DNA from: Piromyces finnis finn
Lineage: Eukaryota > Fungi > Neocallimastigomycota
Length of the DNA: 64,000 nt
Assembly: GCA_002104945.1 (NCBI GenBank)
Contig: MCFH01000048.1
Coordinates: 310,001 to 374,000 of the forward strand
Direction of reading: 5' to 3'
The position numbers were made by a program, and so were the translations under genes. Numbering within the stretch: the first letter of the stretch is position 1; each line of letters starts with the position of its first letter. Under the pieces are notes generated by a model. That model saw nothing but the letters and a program-made list of their open reading frames with translations, made no database searches and had not been told where the DNA came from. Positions 1-14,800 of the stretch are shown in pieces.

Positions 1-1238
1 CTTTACGAACCATCTAGAATTACAAATAGAGTCGAATAAAGTTAAAGCTTCTTGCATACGATTGACAGTTTCATCTTCAACTAATACTTGATCGTATTCA
101 CTAATAGCAACCATAAATACAATAGCTGTAACGTTTTCGAAACAGTGAATCCACTTCTTACGTTCTGATCTTTGACCTCCAACATCAAACATACGGTAAG
201 TTAAATCCTTAATATGGAAAGTGGTTTCAGTAATACCAGTAGTCTTAACACGAGATCTAAGAACATCTTGATCAGTTGGAACGTAGTTTGGATCTCTAAT
301 TCTATCAAGGGATTCAAAGTAGTATTTAGCAGAATCATTAAGTTGATATTCTCTTGAACGTTCATAACAAGCTTGAACACCAGCATCAACCCATAATTCT
401 TTTACAGCATCAGCGACTCTTGGTGGGAAAACTTCATCTTCAATTTGGTTTGGTAAATCCAATATAATTGCCATGTTTTCATTATTATTTGGGTATTGTA
501 AAGAAATTCCCATATTTTGCATAGCTTCTAAAATAACTCTCATTGATTGTACAGTGTTTGAGAAAATAATTTCTCTGAATGCTATTTTTTCTTCTTCACT
601 ATAACCATTATCGTGAATAAGCTTCATTTGCTTTAAGATAGTACTCTTACCAGATTCACCAGCACCTAGTATATGTTTTATATTATTTTAGTTTTTTTTT
701 ATTACTATTATTTTAATAATTTAATAATTCATATTTTTATTTAATAGTGTATTTTTATAGCCGTTGTATTAATAATATCGCTTTTTTTTTCAATACTTTT
801 TAGTATATTTATTCTTATTTATTATATTATATGCTTTTAATAATTTTTTAACCTTTATTGGAAAATAATTATATTTTCCATATTTTTTTGAGCTACATTG
901 GTTTACTGTAAAAAAAACTACAGTATTTTTAGTATTATTCATTTTTTATTTCAATACCATCAAAGTTTATTATATTTTATTATATATTATTATATATTCT
1001 TTTTATATTCTTTATTCGACCTTTATTTTATCTTCGGAAAATTTTTTATCTTTTTTACCATTAAAAATTCTATTTTTTCTAAAAAGCATTTATTATAATT
1101 ATTAAAAATATAATTACCTAAAAGAAGCATTTTAACTTCACTTCTCATTCTCATCTTTTCTTGGTTAAGTTGGTTATCGATTTCATTGTTTCTCATTTTT
1201 CCCTCTTTATCTTCGGGACTACTCATACAACAACCCAT
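1..1238 (-). CDS. Heterotrimeric G-protein alpha subunit, fungal class I (Gi-like). Exon 1 1238-1118, intron 1117-666, exon 2 665 to <1 (3' end outside window)
   Basis: Manual translation across a GT-AG intron gives MGCCMS...[14 protein letters not shown] (P-loop), RVKTTGI (G2), [20 protein letters not shown] (G3/switch II). N-terminal MGC fits myristoylation/palmitoylation. Confidence 0.96.
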
Positions 1239-4200
1239 CTTGATATATTTCTATTTATCTTTTTTTTATTATTATTGAAAAAATTGAAATAAAATGTATA
1301 TTAATATTTATAATAAAAATATTTATTTATTAATATGTATATATATTGTGAATTTTTTTTATTATTTATAGAGAGAAAAATACTTTCTAAAAAATATTCA
1401 TTTGTGAAATTATTTTATAATATTTTATCCATATTTATTATTATTATTTTTAATTTTTAATTTTTTTTATTTGCTATTTTACTTCCTATTGTTTTATTTT
1501 TTTTTGTTTTATTTACTATAATAATAATAATATTATTAATAATTAAATATCCTCTTTCGTACTACACTTTATTTGCTATAATTTTATTTTCTTGGAAAAA
1601 TATTGATGTTTTTTAAACTTTTGCTTTTTTTTTTTAATTGTTATGTTAATATTTTTTATGTCATATTTCTATATATCTATTTTTCGTTTTATTATTTTTA
1701 TTATTGAAATAAAAAATAAATATATTTACTTTAAAAAAAAAAAAACTATATAATATAAGGAGTTTTTGAGATTTTAATAGTAAGATTATTTAATTATTCC
1801 TCGTGTATCTTTTTTTTTGAACTTATTTCTATATAACTTCTTTTATTTTTTTTATTGTTTTATATAGAATAAAAGAAAAATATTTTTTCTTTAAAAAAAA
1901 TATTGAAAAAAATCAAAAAAAAAAAAATAATTTAAAAACTAAAAAAATAAAAATGTTAAAAAATAATCTTACTTTTAAAAATATCCTATTCTTACTAAAG
2001 TATTTTCAATAATATTATTTATTTTATAAATATCAAAACACTATTTTTTATTTTTTTAATCTATTTTCTATTCATATATAAATATATAATAAAATTTTAT
2101 GTAAGACGTATTTAATACATAGTATAAAAATTTTTTTAGAAAACTTAATATATTGGAATACTATTCGTTAATATTATTAATATATATTGTAATATATTAA
2201 TTATTGAGTATAATATTTTTATTTATATTTAGATGTTATTTTAAAATAGAAAAAAATTTTTAAATACAAACTTTAAATATTTATTTGCTTTTAAATAGGT
2301 TATTTTTAGTAAATAGTCTACTTTATGATACTTTTTTTAAAAAAAACTATAAAGTATTTGGTATTCTATTTATATATTCTTATAATACTAAAGTTTTTTT
2401 ATCATATCTATACTTTTTATTTTCCTTTTTTGTATTTTTTTATATGTATAAAGTTTATTAACGTGACTATATTAACAAATATCCCTTTTATTAATAAACT
2501 TGTTTAATAATTATTTTTTAAAGATATTGTTTTAGGTTGCTATTTATTTTACTTTTTATTATATTTTTAGAATACTATTTCTCTCCACACAATATTATTT
2601 TATTTATTTTATTCTTAAAAATAATAAAGTATATTTATACCTTTATATTTCTTTAAATTAATTAAATTAGTTTTATTTTATTTAAGTAGTTTATATATAT
2701 TATATTATCAATAGGCTAGTGTATACCTATAAAATTAATAAATAATAAAAATATTTAATTTTATTAGTTAAATCAAAGATAAATTATGTTTTCCTTTATT
2801 ATTTATTTTATCTAAAAACTATATATATCAAACAAATAAATAATCTAACTATTATTTTATTTTTCATTATGGCTATTATTATTTCTATCTTTTAAATCCA
2901 AATAAATAGATTATTTATTTATTTTTATATTACTATATTCTATTTTGTTTACAAAGTTTTTAACTATATAAATAAAAGAAAATAAATAAATACAATTTAA
3001 TTTCTATTGATGGTTATTAAAACAATTATTTGTTTTGAATTTTTGTTTTGTTTTTAGATTTTTATTACTCTATTCTATGAATTTGTAGTTTTTAAAAATA
3101 TGATTTTATTTATTTCAAATAAATACAAATCTATTTATTTTTTCTATTTTTTTATAAAGGTGTTTTTTTTCTTTTCTTATTATTAGTAAATTACACTTTT
3201 ATATTTTTTTTATGTAGCAATGATTTTAATATATGATAATTATTAAAATCAAAAAGCAGATCTATAAAAAAAAAAATAGTAATTATTTTCTAAATAAGAA
3301 TAAAAAAAATTTTTTTTTTATTTTTATTCTGGTTTATATTTACAATAATTTTTTTCTATATATATATTAATTTTTTCTGAATTCTCTTTTTTTTATTACC
3401 TTTTTTTTTTTTATTAAAATTATACAATTTTATACAATTAAAAAAAAAAAAAAAGGTTTAATATCATTTGATATTTATTTATTTTCATAGTTATTTATTT
3501 AGTTTCAATTTATTTATTCATTTATTTAACACTAATATTATTTAAATCTTTATACATTCATTGATATTTTATTTAAAAATTTATTTAACTAATTAATTAT
3601 ATATTCATTAATTTTAATAGTAAAATTTATTTAAATAGTAGTTTATTCATTTAAAAGTGACCTTGTTTTCCAATATTAAAATTGAATGAATAATAAAAAA
3701 AAACAATGTTACTTTGTAAATATAATAATATAATTTAATTTATTATTAATTTATTCTAAATTAAATTTGTTATTATTTTTTGCTATTATATAGATGTATC
3801 ATCAAATTAAATTATTTATTACTTATTAAGCTTTGATAATATATTTTATTTTATATTAAATTATAAATCAATAAATTGTATTATACATAAATCAATAGAA
3901 TAAAATAATATTAGTATTAAAATTTAATAAATTTGTTTATTAATAATTTGTATATATTGTATATTATAAAAATATATTGATAATATATCTATTACATATA
4001 TTATGAATTATAATAATATTTTATAGCAATAATGATTAATATTATTATAAATTATATTTATGATATTATTTATAACTTAATATATCAATTTATATCATAT
4101 ATCATATATTAAATATATTATAAATTCAATAGATAAAACTCATAAAGTCTATAGTAATATAAAATTTAATATATTATCATGAAAAATTTAAATGATAAAG

Positions 4201-4667
4201 ATTTTATAATATATTAAAAATATATTCCTTATTATTTAATAATATTCTAATGAAATCATGATCTCACTTAACAATATTTTGGCCTAAAAATCTAGGTAAG
4301 ATGAAAGAAAGAGGCCACTGTAATTATGGAAAGGTGATGCTGATGAATCCTACCAGCCAACCAAAAGGTACAACTAAATCAACCTTTCTATTCGATATAA
4401 CAACTAATTTATTTAATCTACCTACTTTATTATTAATTTTATCTATAATATTATATATGTTATTTGTAAAAAGAGAAGAGTTGATAAATAGAATAAAAGT
4501 ATCTTTTTTTTCTAATTGTTTTTAGAGGAATTAATTAATAAAAGGAAATGAAAATATCATGATAAAAAATATTCTTTACTGGTAAAAAGAATATAAAGAA
4601 TATTTTCATTTCCTTTTATCTATCAATAAAACCACTTTTTTTTACTGATAAAATGGATATAAAACAA

Positions 4668-4753
4668 AATTGTAATTGAGGTTCTTTTCATTGATGGAAA
4701 ACAAAAAGTGAATTGTAATTGAGGTTCTTTTCATTGATGGAAAACAAAGAGTG
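4668..4753. repeat. 43-bp tandem duplication (2 copies)
   Basis: aattgtaattgaggttcttttcattgatggaaaacaaa(a/g)agtg occurs twice head-to-tail, with 1 mismatch. Confidence 0.9.
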
Positions 4754-6777
4754 AAATGTTGTTATGTTGTATACTCATGCTGTTATACAATTTAAACAAT
4801 ATCATTAAATATATACATTACAATATATTATTCATTATATTTACCAATGCTTTATTTACTACGCAAACAAATAAACAAACCAAACAATAAATTATTATGA
4901 TTATGCCCTAATAAGCAACACTTTAATTAACGTCATAACATTTAACCTATCTATATTTTTTTTGTTGTGGTGTTTAGACTCTTTTTCATTCATTTTTTCC
5001 CTATTTTTATTTTTATTCCACATTAATAAAAGAGATGTTTTAAACTTTAAATGTATACAAATTTAATTTATAACCAACCATTTTCAACCTTAATTATTAA
5101 CATTTTTAACCAAAATTTGTCCTAAACCATAAATTTTTATAACACAAAATTTTACTAGATTAAAAAAAAAAAATTAATTTTACTAGTTGTACACACACAA
5201 GACTTGAAACAAGAAAAATACTAAAAAAAACAAAAAAAAAGAAAACAAAAAAAAACTTTTTTCTTTTTATAATAAATAAAGTTTATAAAAAAAGAATTTA
5301 TTTTTAATAAATAAGAAATATATTATAAATATATTTTAAATAAATGATATCAATATATTTCTATTCTTTTTTTTTAATTTAGGAAAGATTCTATTCTTTT
5401 TTATTTCTATGGAATTTAATTTTAGCCTATAAAAAATTTAATTAATTTTTATTAAATTATTTAGTTTTATATATGATTAAACCATGATTTTCTATATTAA
5501 ATTAAATTTTTTATTAATTTTAAAAAACTGCCGCATTCAATTTTGCATTTAATTTTTATGCTTGTCATACCTTATCATATTAAATTTTGTGTTAAGCAGT
5601 TTCAAAATGGGGAATTTTAATTGAATAAATTTATATTCATTTATAAATGGATAATATATTTAGTAATGTAATACTTCATTTTTTTAAAACTTTATTATTA
5701 ATTATTTCGAGGAAATTTATTTAAAATTTAATATTAATCAACTCATAAATATATTAATATATAATAAATATTATTTATAAGATTAAAATTATGATATGAC
5801 TGTTTAATAGTTATAATACTATTATTATTAATAACATAATAATATCATATAATATAATAATATACTAATATTATTGTTGCTTATTAAATAATACACCTTA
5901 TAATAATAGGATTAATATAATTTATCATAATTTAATTTATTCTTCATTTAGTAATAATAACCTGAAATAATGAAAACATTCCCACCTGAATTATGGCAAA
6001 ATCCTACTAGTTAATAAGAAATAAAAGTACGACAAGTATTACTGCTACGACTGACAACTGTTAGTAATTAATAATAATTAATACTAAATAGAAATAATAC
6101 CATAAATAAATATAACTAAAAAGGCATACTAAGTAATAGTAAAAAATAAAAATAATGAGTAAAGATAATTTTTAATTCTTTAAGTAAAAATACTACTATT
6201 AATAACTATTTGTTCTTTTCATTTCATTATTACGCCGTTAACTTTGGCGGCACTTTTTTTAGTACGTATTTCAAATAGTTGTTGTTGATTAATTTTAATC
6301 AAACTTTACATTTATTTATAAATTATAAAATATTAAAAAAAAATATTATAAATATTATTATTAAAATGAAAGAGTGCCATTAGCATGGATGCTGATAATT
6401 TTAAGAATAAATTCTATTCTATTCATTATTTGTAAAAGAAAAACAAAAGCATTACATAACATTATATGATGTGTAATGCTTTTATAATACTAATATGATA
6501 ATAATAATAAGAAAAGAGCATAAAATGAAAAAAATAAAAAATATTTTGTACTATATAACTTTTATTGTATACATTACATTACATTAATATACATTATATT
6601 AATTTTTAGATTAAAAATAATCACATGAAAAATCTTAAAAACTTTAAATGAGTTTTTTTTTTTGTTTTTAGGAAAGAATAAATATTATATTTTCATATAT
6701 AGAAAAAAATAATATCAACAAAAAAGAATAGTAATAATCAAAGTAATATTCATACTAATAACCATAGAGTTAAAGTA

Positions 6778-6900
6778 ATAGTAATAGTCATTGAGTTATT
6801 GTTATCGTAATGTAATGTAATGCAATAGTAATAGTCATTGAGTTATTGTTATCGTAATGTAATGTAATAGTAATAGTCATTAAGTTATTGTTATCGCAAT
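6778..6900. repeat. Imperfect tandem repeat, about 3 copies of roughly 40-45 bp
   Basis: atagtaatagtcatt(g/a)agttattgttatcg recurs three times, separated by variable (taatg)n. Confidence 0.8.
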
Positions 6901-8107
6901 AATATTTTTCCTTTTTTTTTTTTGGATGAAAATGTAATAATACTTTAGTAAAAAAAGTTTAAAAGTAACAACTAATTTTGTTAATTACATTATTATTCTG
7001 TTAAATAGTTGTTATAATAGTAATTAATATGCAATAAACATGATTATAAAACAAAGCTTTTATATAAGCTTTCATCTTCTAAAATTAAAAAAAAAGAATA
7101 TTTATTTAATTATTTATTCATCTATCTAATTATTTAATTATTTATTTATCTATCTATTTATTTATTCATTTAATTCTAATTACATTAATTTCTAAATTAA
7201 TGTATACAATATTTTTAAATCTTTGTTTACATTAATTTAGAAATATTGAAAAAGTGTATCATCTACATTACATTATAACATGTTACATTGTTACATTGAT
7301 GTAGAAGTATAATAAAAAAAAAGTTTATAATAATGACTATTTTTAAAATAAATAGAAATAATATTGTATATGGTGGTATTTCTTTATTATTTAACAATAT
7401 AATATATGATTATTAAAAATGTTCCATATTTATTAAACTATAAATTGAAATGTAATAACATTACATATTTTGTTTTATCTTGTTTCTATTTTATGATTCG
7501 TAATGTTTTACTTTATTTTTATACCTAATTTCATTTATGTTAATTATATCAATGATAACAATAGTTTTCTATTTTTAATCAATTTTCATACTGTGTACTA
7601 TCATAGGAAAAAATGCCATAAAATGTAACCCAGAAATACCTATAAATGAAAAGGATAATGAATAATGAAAAAAAAAAAAAAAGGAACAAAGTGGTATAAG
7701 ATTTTTTGATAAGATATTATTAATTTTTACAAAAAATTTTTTTATTCGTAATTGTATGAATTATAGACCGACTTTATGAATAATAATTATGGTAATTATA
7801 ATAATTATTATATATTCTGTAAATATAACATTATATAACATTATATCATAAATATCTATTTATTTTTTTTTTAAAGAATTAAAATTTTTAAAGTTTGTAT
7901 AAGCAATTCTTTTCTTTTTATATTACAGAGTATAACAATTAATAGTGATTAAATAAAATGACAACGATTTTTTTTTTCTCAAAAGCAAATTATATTTAAA
8001 TAGCTTTTATTATTATATCACATTTTTATTTAATTTTTTTTAAAAAAAAAAAAAAAACATAATAGCACAAGATACTAATTAATAGGAATAAGAATTTTAA
8101 TCAATGT

Positions 8108-8347
<240 letters not shown>

Positions 8348-9469
8348 AAAGAATGCTTTTGATTTTGGTATGTAGTTTAAAAAATTGCTGAACATCTTTT
8401 AATAATAAATAAACTTTTGTATTCTAATAAAGTATAAAAAATAAAGATAAATACTTTATATTGCCTTTTAAAAAAAATATTCTATATATAATTTTATATA
8501 TGACAATATAAAGTTTAAATATTGTTGAAAGAGATTAATAATTCTAATTATATATAAAATTAAAGTATTTATTATACTTTTTTAACTAGGAATAAGGAAA
8601 TTAGAATAGAAATAATGAATGGAAAATTTCTAATTTTAAAGTATATAGAAATTTTTTTTTAATATTTAGTTAGCTTTATATATATATATTTTTAACTAGG
8701 TTAAGGAAATTAGATTTGTATTTGTTTTTTTTTTTAATAATATTATTAAAATGATAAAATAATAAAATCTTATTCCTGAGATTTTGATATAGTGTTTATG
8801 TATAGAAAAATCACAGATATATATATTTTTTTAAATGATTTATTTATACTAAAATATGCCGATTAGGTATAATAACATACTAGTATATAAGCATAGATAA
8901 TATCATTGTAATTTATATATATATTCACAATTTCAAACAAATGATTTACTGTCATATTAATCCTATTATATAGAAATATAAATAAAAACCTTGACTTTTT
9001 TAAATTATTTTTTATATATTAAAAAAGAAAAACAACATTTTTTTTCTTGTATTTTATATATATAATGAAACATAGTTAGGTGGAGGTTTTCAAAATCCCA
9101 TTAATTATTCACAAGTTAATATTTTTGTAATAAATCTTAATCATCCAATAAAATTTAATGTTTTTTTTTTTTTTTTAAATTTATTTACTGCTTTATTTTA
9201 AAATTTTTTATTATTAAAAAAATAAACAATTGAAGTTATAAATAATGATGTAATAATCTATTTAAAAATAAAAATAAAATTAAAATAAGGAATAAGTAAA
9301 CAAGAAATTAAAATTATTAATTTTAAAAGAAAATAATAAAAATAATAAAATAATCCAAGGATTAAACCTTAAAAAATATTAACTACAATTGAAAAAAAAA
9401 AGTAATTTTTAATAATATTATTAAAAAAGCAGAACAATAAAAACAAAATACTACCATCAATATTCTATC

Positions 9470-11262
9470 ATGTCATCTATAATATTTTACTGTCTATTAA
9501 TTGGAATGTTTTTCCATACTGGAATGGTCTGGGGAGATACTTTTATAGAAACCTTTTCCACAAATCGTATTCAAAATTATCTTACAGAAAAAGAAGAGGA
9601 TTATCGTCATCAACCTTTACCAGACTTTATAAAAAATCTCCAGTTACCAAATCAATGGTAAAAATATCTTTATGTTAATTATTATTAAAATAATTTATAT
9701 AAATGAATTATAATTACGTGTATAATGTTATATATATATTGTATATTAAATAAGCAATTACATTTTCTATTATTAATTTTAAAATGAATCCATTAATATT
9801 TTTTATATTCATTTTTAAAATGAATTGAAATCTAATGAAAAAATTGATATTTAAATTATTGATAATGATAATTTTATCATTTTATATTTTAAATTATATA
9901 TATATATATATATTATTTATTTTGATATATATTTTTGTGGTTTATATTACAATTATAATTTTCTATTACTTATTTATATATTTCTTTTTTTCTTTTTTTT
10001 TTCTTTTTTCTTTTTCTTTTTTTTCTTTTTTTTTATTTTCTCCTTCTTTTCTTCTTCTTCTTCTTTTTTTTTTCCCTATGAAAAAAAAAAAGTTATTTGT
10101 TCAATGCTGGAGAATTTAAATATCATAATGTTACGTCTACTTATGCAAAGCAAACTATTATCAAACAAAAAGATGATGGAAAAGAAAACATAGAAGAGGT
10201 GCCAATGTCGCCACGTTTATTCCCTACTAAACCACAATCAACACCTGTCCATATCAATCTCTATATTGTTCCTCACCTTAAAACCAATACTTTTCATGAT
10301 TTGAGGCTCTCCTACTCTTCTAGTGTAAATGTTATTTTTTTATATTTTTTGTTTTTCTTTTATTTTTTTATTCTTATTCTTTAAATGGTATGATTTTAAA
10401 GTTTATCATATCCATGAATTAATTTCATATTATCCAGTTTTATATTTTATATTATTACCTATTTTTTTTTTTTTTTTTTTTTCCTTCTTAATTTTATCTA
10501 TCTATATCTATTAACGTTATATCTTTTATTATTTTTTATTTTTTTTGTATTTATGAATAATACTTTTTTTTAAAAAAAATTATATCTTTTCTTATGATAC
10601 TAATTCTTAATGACTTTTTTGATAATGAAAAAAAAAAAAGACACCTGCTCAATTTAGTATGGAAGTATTTAATATTCCAAAATTCGAATTTTATTTTCCA
10701 GATTATCTAAATAAGTGTTGTGAAGATTGTCAAAATGTAAGTCTATGAAAGAGGGATGAAGAGAATGAAAATAGAATTAAATTCATAATTAATATCAATA
10801 TATACCTTTTTTTTTTCCTACCAATTGTAAATATGAATTATTATAGAAAAGTTTATGATATATAATTATTAATATTACCTTTATTATATTTATTTTTTAT
10901 AAAAAAAAAAAAAAAAGTTGGATAAGAAGGATACTTTAATTATTATGATTAAAGCAAATTATGATGGTGTGACTACTACTGAACTTCCATCCACCGGTTT
11001 AGTTATTCCATATAATATAGGTAAGTTGACTCTTTAAAATCTATCTATTTTAATTTTTTCTTTTTTCCTGGTTATTTAATTTTATTTATTTTTATAATAT
11101 TTTATCATCATTTCCTTTATAGTATTTGAACCTTATCTTTTCTATTTTATTCCACGTAATATTATCCCTTTAATTGGATTTATAATCGTTCTTTCCTTAG
11201 TATTAATTTATGGTATTATTCCAAGTACTTTCCAACATATTCGTCATATTAAACAAGAATAA
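9470..11262 (+). CDS. Signal peptide + C-terminal TM protein, Pga1-like (possible GPI-mannosyltransferase II accessory subunit). Exons 9470-9657, 10093-10324, 10641-10736, 10918-11020, 11123-11262
   Basis: All four introns are GT-AG and the phases (2,0,0,1) join into one open frame. It has a hydrophobic N-terminus, the motif LRLSYSSS/TPAQF (resembling the E-x-R-x-x-W/Y-x-A-x-x-P-x-x-F motif I recall for this fungal family) and a C-terminal FEPYLFYFIPRNIIPLIGFIIVLSLVLIYGII TM segment. Gene model is solid; the family name is tentative. Confidence 0.75.
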
Positions 11263-11859
11263 ATTTTTCTTTTTTTTTTTTTTTTAGAAAAAGATTGATG
11301 ATGAAAAACACTTTTAAAGAAAAAAACAAACAAAAAAAAAAAAAATACAACTTATATGCCTATATAGACATATTGAATCATGTTATTTAACATATTAAAT
11401 ATATAAAATAAATAAATAAATAATGAAAAAAAAAAAAAAAAGTAATAGAATGATAAAAAATTATAATAAAAATAAAATAAAGAGTAATGCAATATTAGCA
11501 ATATAATTTTTTTTTTTTTATTTTTTATTTTATTTTATATAAATTATAGTGATATTGTTGTTGTTAGTATTGTCATGGTTTAAAAAGGGCATAGATGATT
11601 TTTTTTTATTGAAATTAATAAATTAATAAATAAATTAATGATAATAAAAAAAAAAAAAAAAAAGTATATATATATATATATATTTTATGGTGGTTGTAAT
11701 ATTAAAAAAATTAAAAAATTAAAATAAAATATAGGATAATTTTATTATTATTATTATTATTATTATTTTTTTTTTTTTTATTTTTTATATTATTTTTATA
11801 TAACAATCATTTATTCTTAGGTTTGAAAAAAAAAAAAAAAAAAACTAAATAAAAACTAA

Positions 11860-14800
11860 TTAAATAACTGTGTAACGACCTGTAGCTTCTGAACTGGTAC
11901 CCCTAGATTCTGCTTCAATACAAGATAAGGTGGCTTCTGTGAGAATACGTTTAATTTCTGTTTTTGCTTTATCAACAATAAGTTGAGTTTCACCTTCAAT
12001 AAAGAGATAAAGTTTACGTTCATTAGGTCCTGGTGTTTTACCACTTGGGAAGAAAGTACCTCTAGTTGTAATGGCAGCACCTGTTAATTCTGTAATCATT
12101 GTAATTTGTTCCTAAAAAAAGTTTGAATGAAAAAAAAAAAAAAAAAAAAAGAATTAAAAATTTGTTTTTTTTTTTAATGATTAAAAATATTATATATATA
12201 ATATATGATAAAATATATTATAATTATTTTTATCATTATTATAATTAATCATTACTTTATTGGTAACTCTCCATCTTGCTTTTTGTGGATAATCATTAAT
12301 TTCAATTTCAAAAGCGTATAAAGAGGAATTTTCACTGGCATTTGGATCTGTTGTTGGCTTAACGGCAGTAGATTCAATCTTAATTTCTGGGGTAGCACCT
12401 TCCATAGATTTTTTAGCTTTTACGCTAGCACCAATTTTGGCATTAACCAAAGCAGCAATTTCTTGTACTGCTTTAATCTTATCTGCTTCAATTCCCTTAC
12501 CTGGAATTTTATTTTCTGTACTTGCTGGATTAGTAGTTGAAGTTGTTGTAGTTGAAGTTTGGGTCTTGGTAGTAGAAGAAATATCTGTAATCTTTGAATC
12601 AATACTTTCCTTTAATTTTTCTTCTTCTTCATCTGTATTATCTTCATCTTCTTCATCTAATTCAGCACCGTGGATCTATTTTATTATTATTTATTATTTA
12701 TTATTTATTATTATTATTATTATTATTGTCGTTTATGTATAATTATGATAGGTAATATATATATATATATATAAAAGAATTTTTACCTTTCTTTGAAGTT
12801 TCTTTGAATTTTCTCTTTCTTTATCGAGACGTTCTAAACCTTTACCACCAAATCCAGAACTAGAATATTGAGCATCACCAGCTTTAACTTTATTAATAAA
12901 TTCATCTGCTAATTTTTGTAATTCTGGTGGAATATCGGTATGACTCATTTTTAATGCGCTTACAATATCATTAGCATATTTATCTTGTTGAGGAGTAACA
13001 AAAGTGTAGGCAGTACCCTTATTACCGGCTCTACCGGTTCTACCTACACGATGAACATAATCTTCCAAGTGATTAGGACACTCATAATTAATGACTAGAT
13101 TTAAATCTTTGACATCTAAACCACGAGCAGCTACAGATGTTGCAATTAAAATATTTGTTACTCCTGATTTAAAATCTGAAATAGTTGAATCTCTATCGGC
13201 TTGATCCTTACCACCATGAAGGGATTGGCATGGATAGCCAAAACGAATCAATTCTCTTAATAAATTATCAGCAGCTTCTTGACGATCAACAAAAACGAGA
13301 GTTCGAGGATTCAAGTCTTGCTTGTAGTAAAGACCCAAAATTTCTAACAATCTTCTAAACTTAGTTTCCTCCTCTCGTACTTCAACATGTTGTTCAACAT
13401 CTTCACATACAACACTCTTACCACCTACTGTAATTTCTAATGGTTTAGTTAAAATTTTTCTAGCTAAGGCATCAATTTGACGAGGGAAGGTGGCTGAGAA
13501 AAGTAAGGTTTGTCGATCTGGTCTAATATTATTTACAATTTTCATGACTTGAGGTTCAAATCCCATATCAAACATACGATCGGCTTCATCCAAAACCAAA
13601 TAGGTAACACGTCTTAAATTCGTGACACGACCACTATTAGCACATAACAAATCTATCATACGACCTGGGGTACATACAATAATTTCTGCACCTTTTTTCA
13701 ATTCCGCAATTTGATCTTTAATTGGTGAACCACCATAAGCACAGGTAACATTTAATCCAAGAATACGAGTGAAATGTCTACATTCTTTGTAAATTTGAAC
13801 AGCTAATTCACGAGTTGGTGTCATAATCAATGCAATTGGTCCTTCCTGTGGTTCAAGTGGTCTTTGATCTTTAATAGCTCTAAACATTGGTAATAAGAAT
13901 GCAATAGTCTAATCATATTTTAAAATAGAGCATAATAGTCATAAAAAAATATAAATATTAATATTTTTAAAATATAATTATTATAAATTAATTTGAAAAC
14001 AAGTAGACAAAAAAAAAAAAAAAACTTTATTCCTATTATAATCAAATTAAAGGATTACAATATAAATAAACTACCGAAATGATAATAATAAAAAAAAATT
14101 ACTCTTGAAAATCTTTTTTTTTTTTTCTTACCTTTCCACTTCCTGTTTTGGCAACACTAATAACATCACGACCAGACATAACTGCAGGAATGGCTTGGCA
14201 TTGAATTGGACTTGGTTGTTGATACTTTAATACACGTTTAATAACTTCTAAACAACCTGTAGGAAGACCAAACTGAGTCCATTTTCTTACAGGTTTTGGA
14301 CAATTACGACCTTGGACCTTAATGTTATCTAATTCTTTACGAACTTGTTCTACTTCTACTTGTTTCATATTAGCTAATTCTGGAGGTTCAATATAAAAGT
14401 TTTTACGGAAAGGCTCATATTGAATAGTAGAGTGATCTACTGCAATTAAATCTTTACGTTTAGCTAACTTTTTGGCAGCTAAGGCTAGAATATCTTCTTC
14501 ATCTTCTTCTTCAGTAGTATAATCGTTATCATCTTGATCAATTGGAAATTCAGTACTACCGCTTTCTGTATTCTTTAAAGAAAGTTCATCTTGTTTTTTA
14601 ATTTCTTCTACTTCTTTGTGAACATTTTTCATGAAAGCATCAAGTGCATCTATTTCATCACTTCCTTCCTCATTAGGTTTATCAATATCCATAGCTGAAT
14701 TGGTATCATTCAAATCTGGTTTTGAATCTTTATTTATTATATTTTCATCATCAACATCATCTAATAGTTTTATTTTTTTAACTTTGGGTTTAGCATTTGT

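Noticed and set aside
4306-4360. Hammerhead ribozyme (CTGATGA plus upstream GAAA with a plausible stem II)
   Set aside because: Stems I and III and the NUH cleavage triplet cannot be formed in any valid circular permutation.
898-4525. Short ORFs in the region upstream of G-alpha
   Set aside because: Low-complexity F/I/L/K/Y-rich translations typical of AT-rich non-coding DNA.
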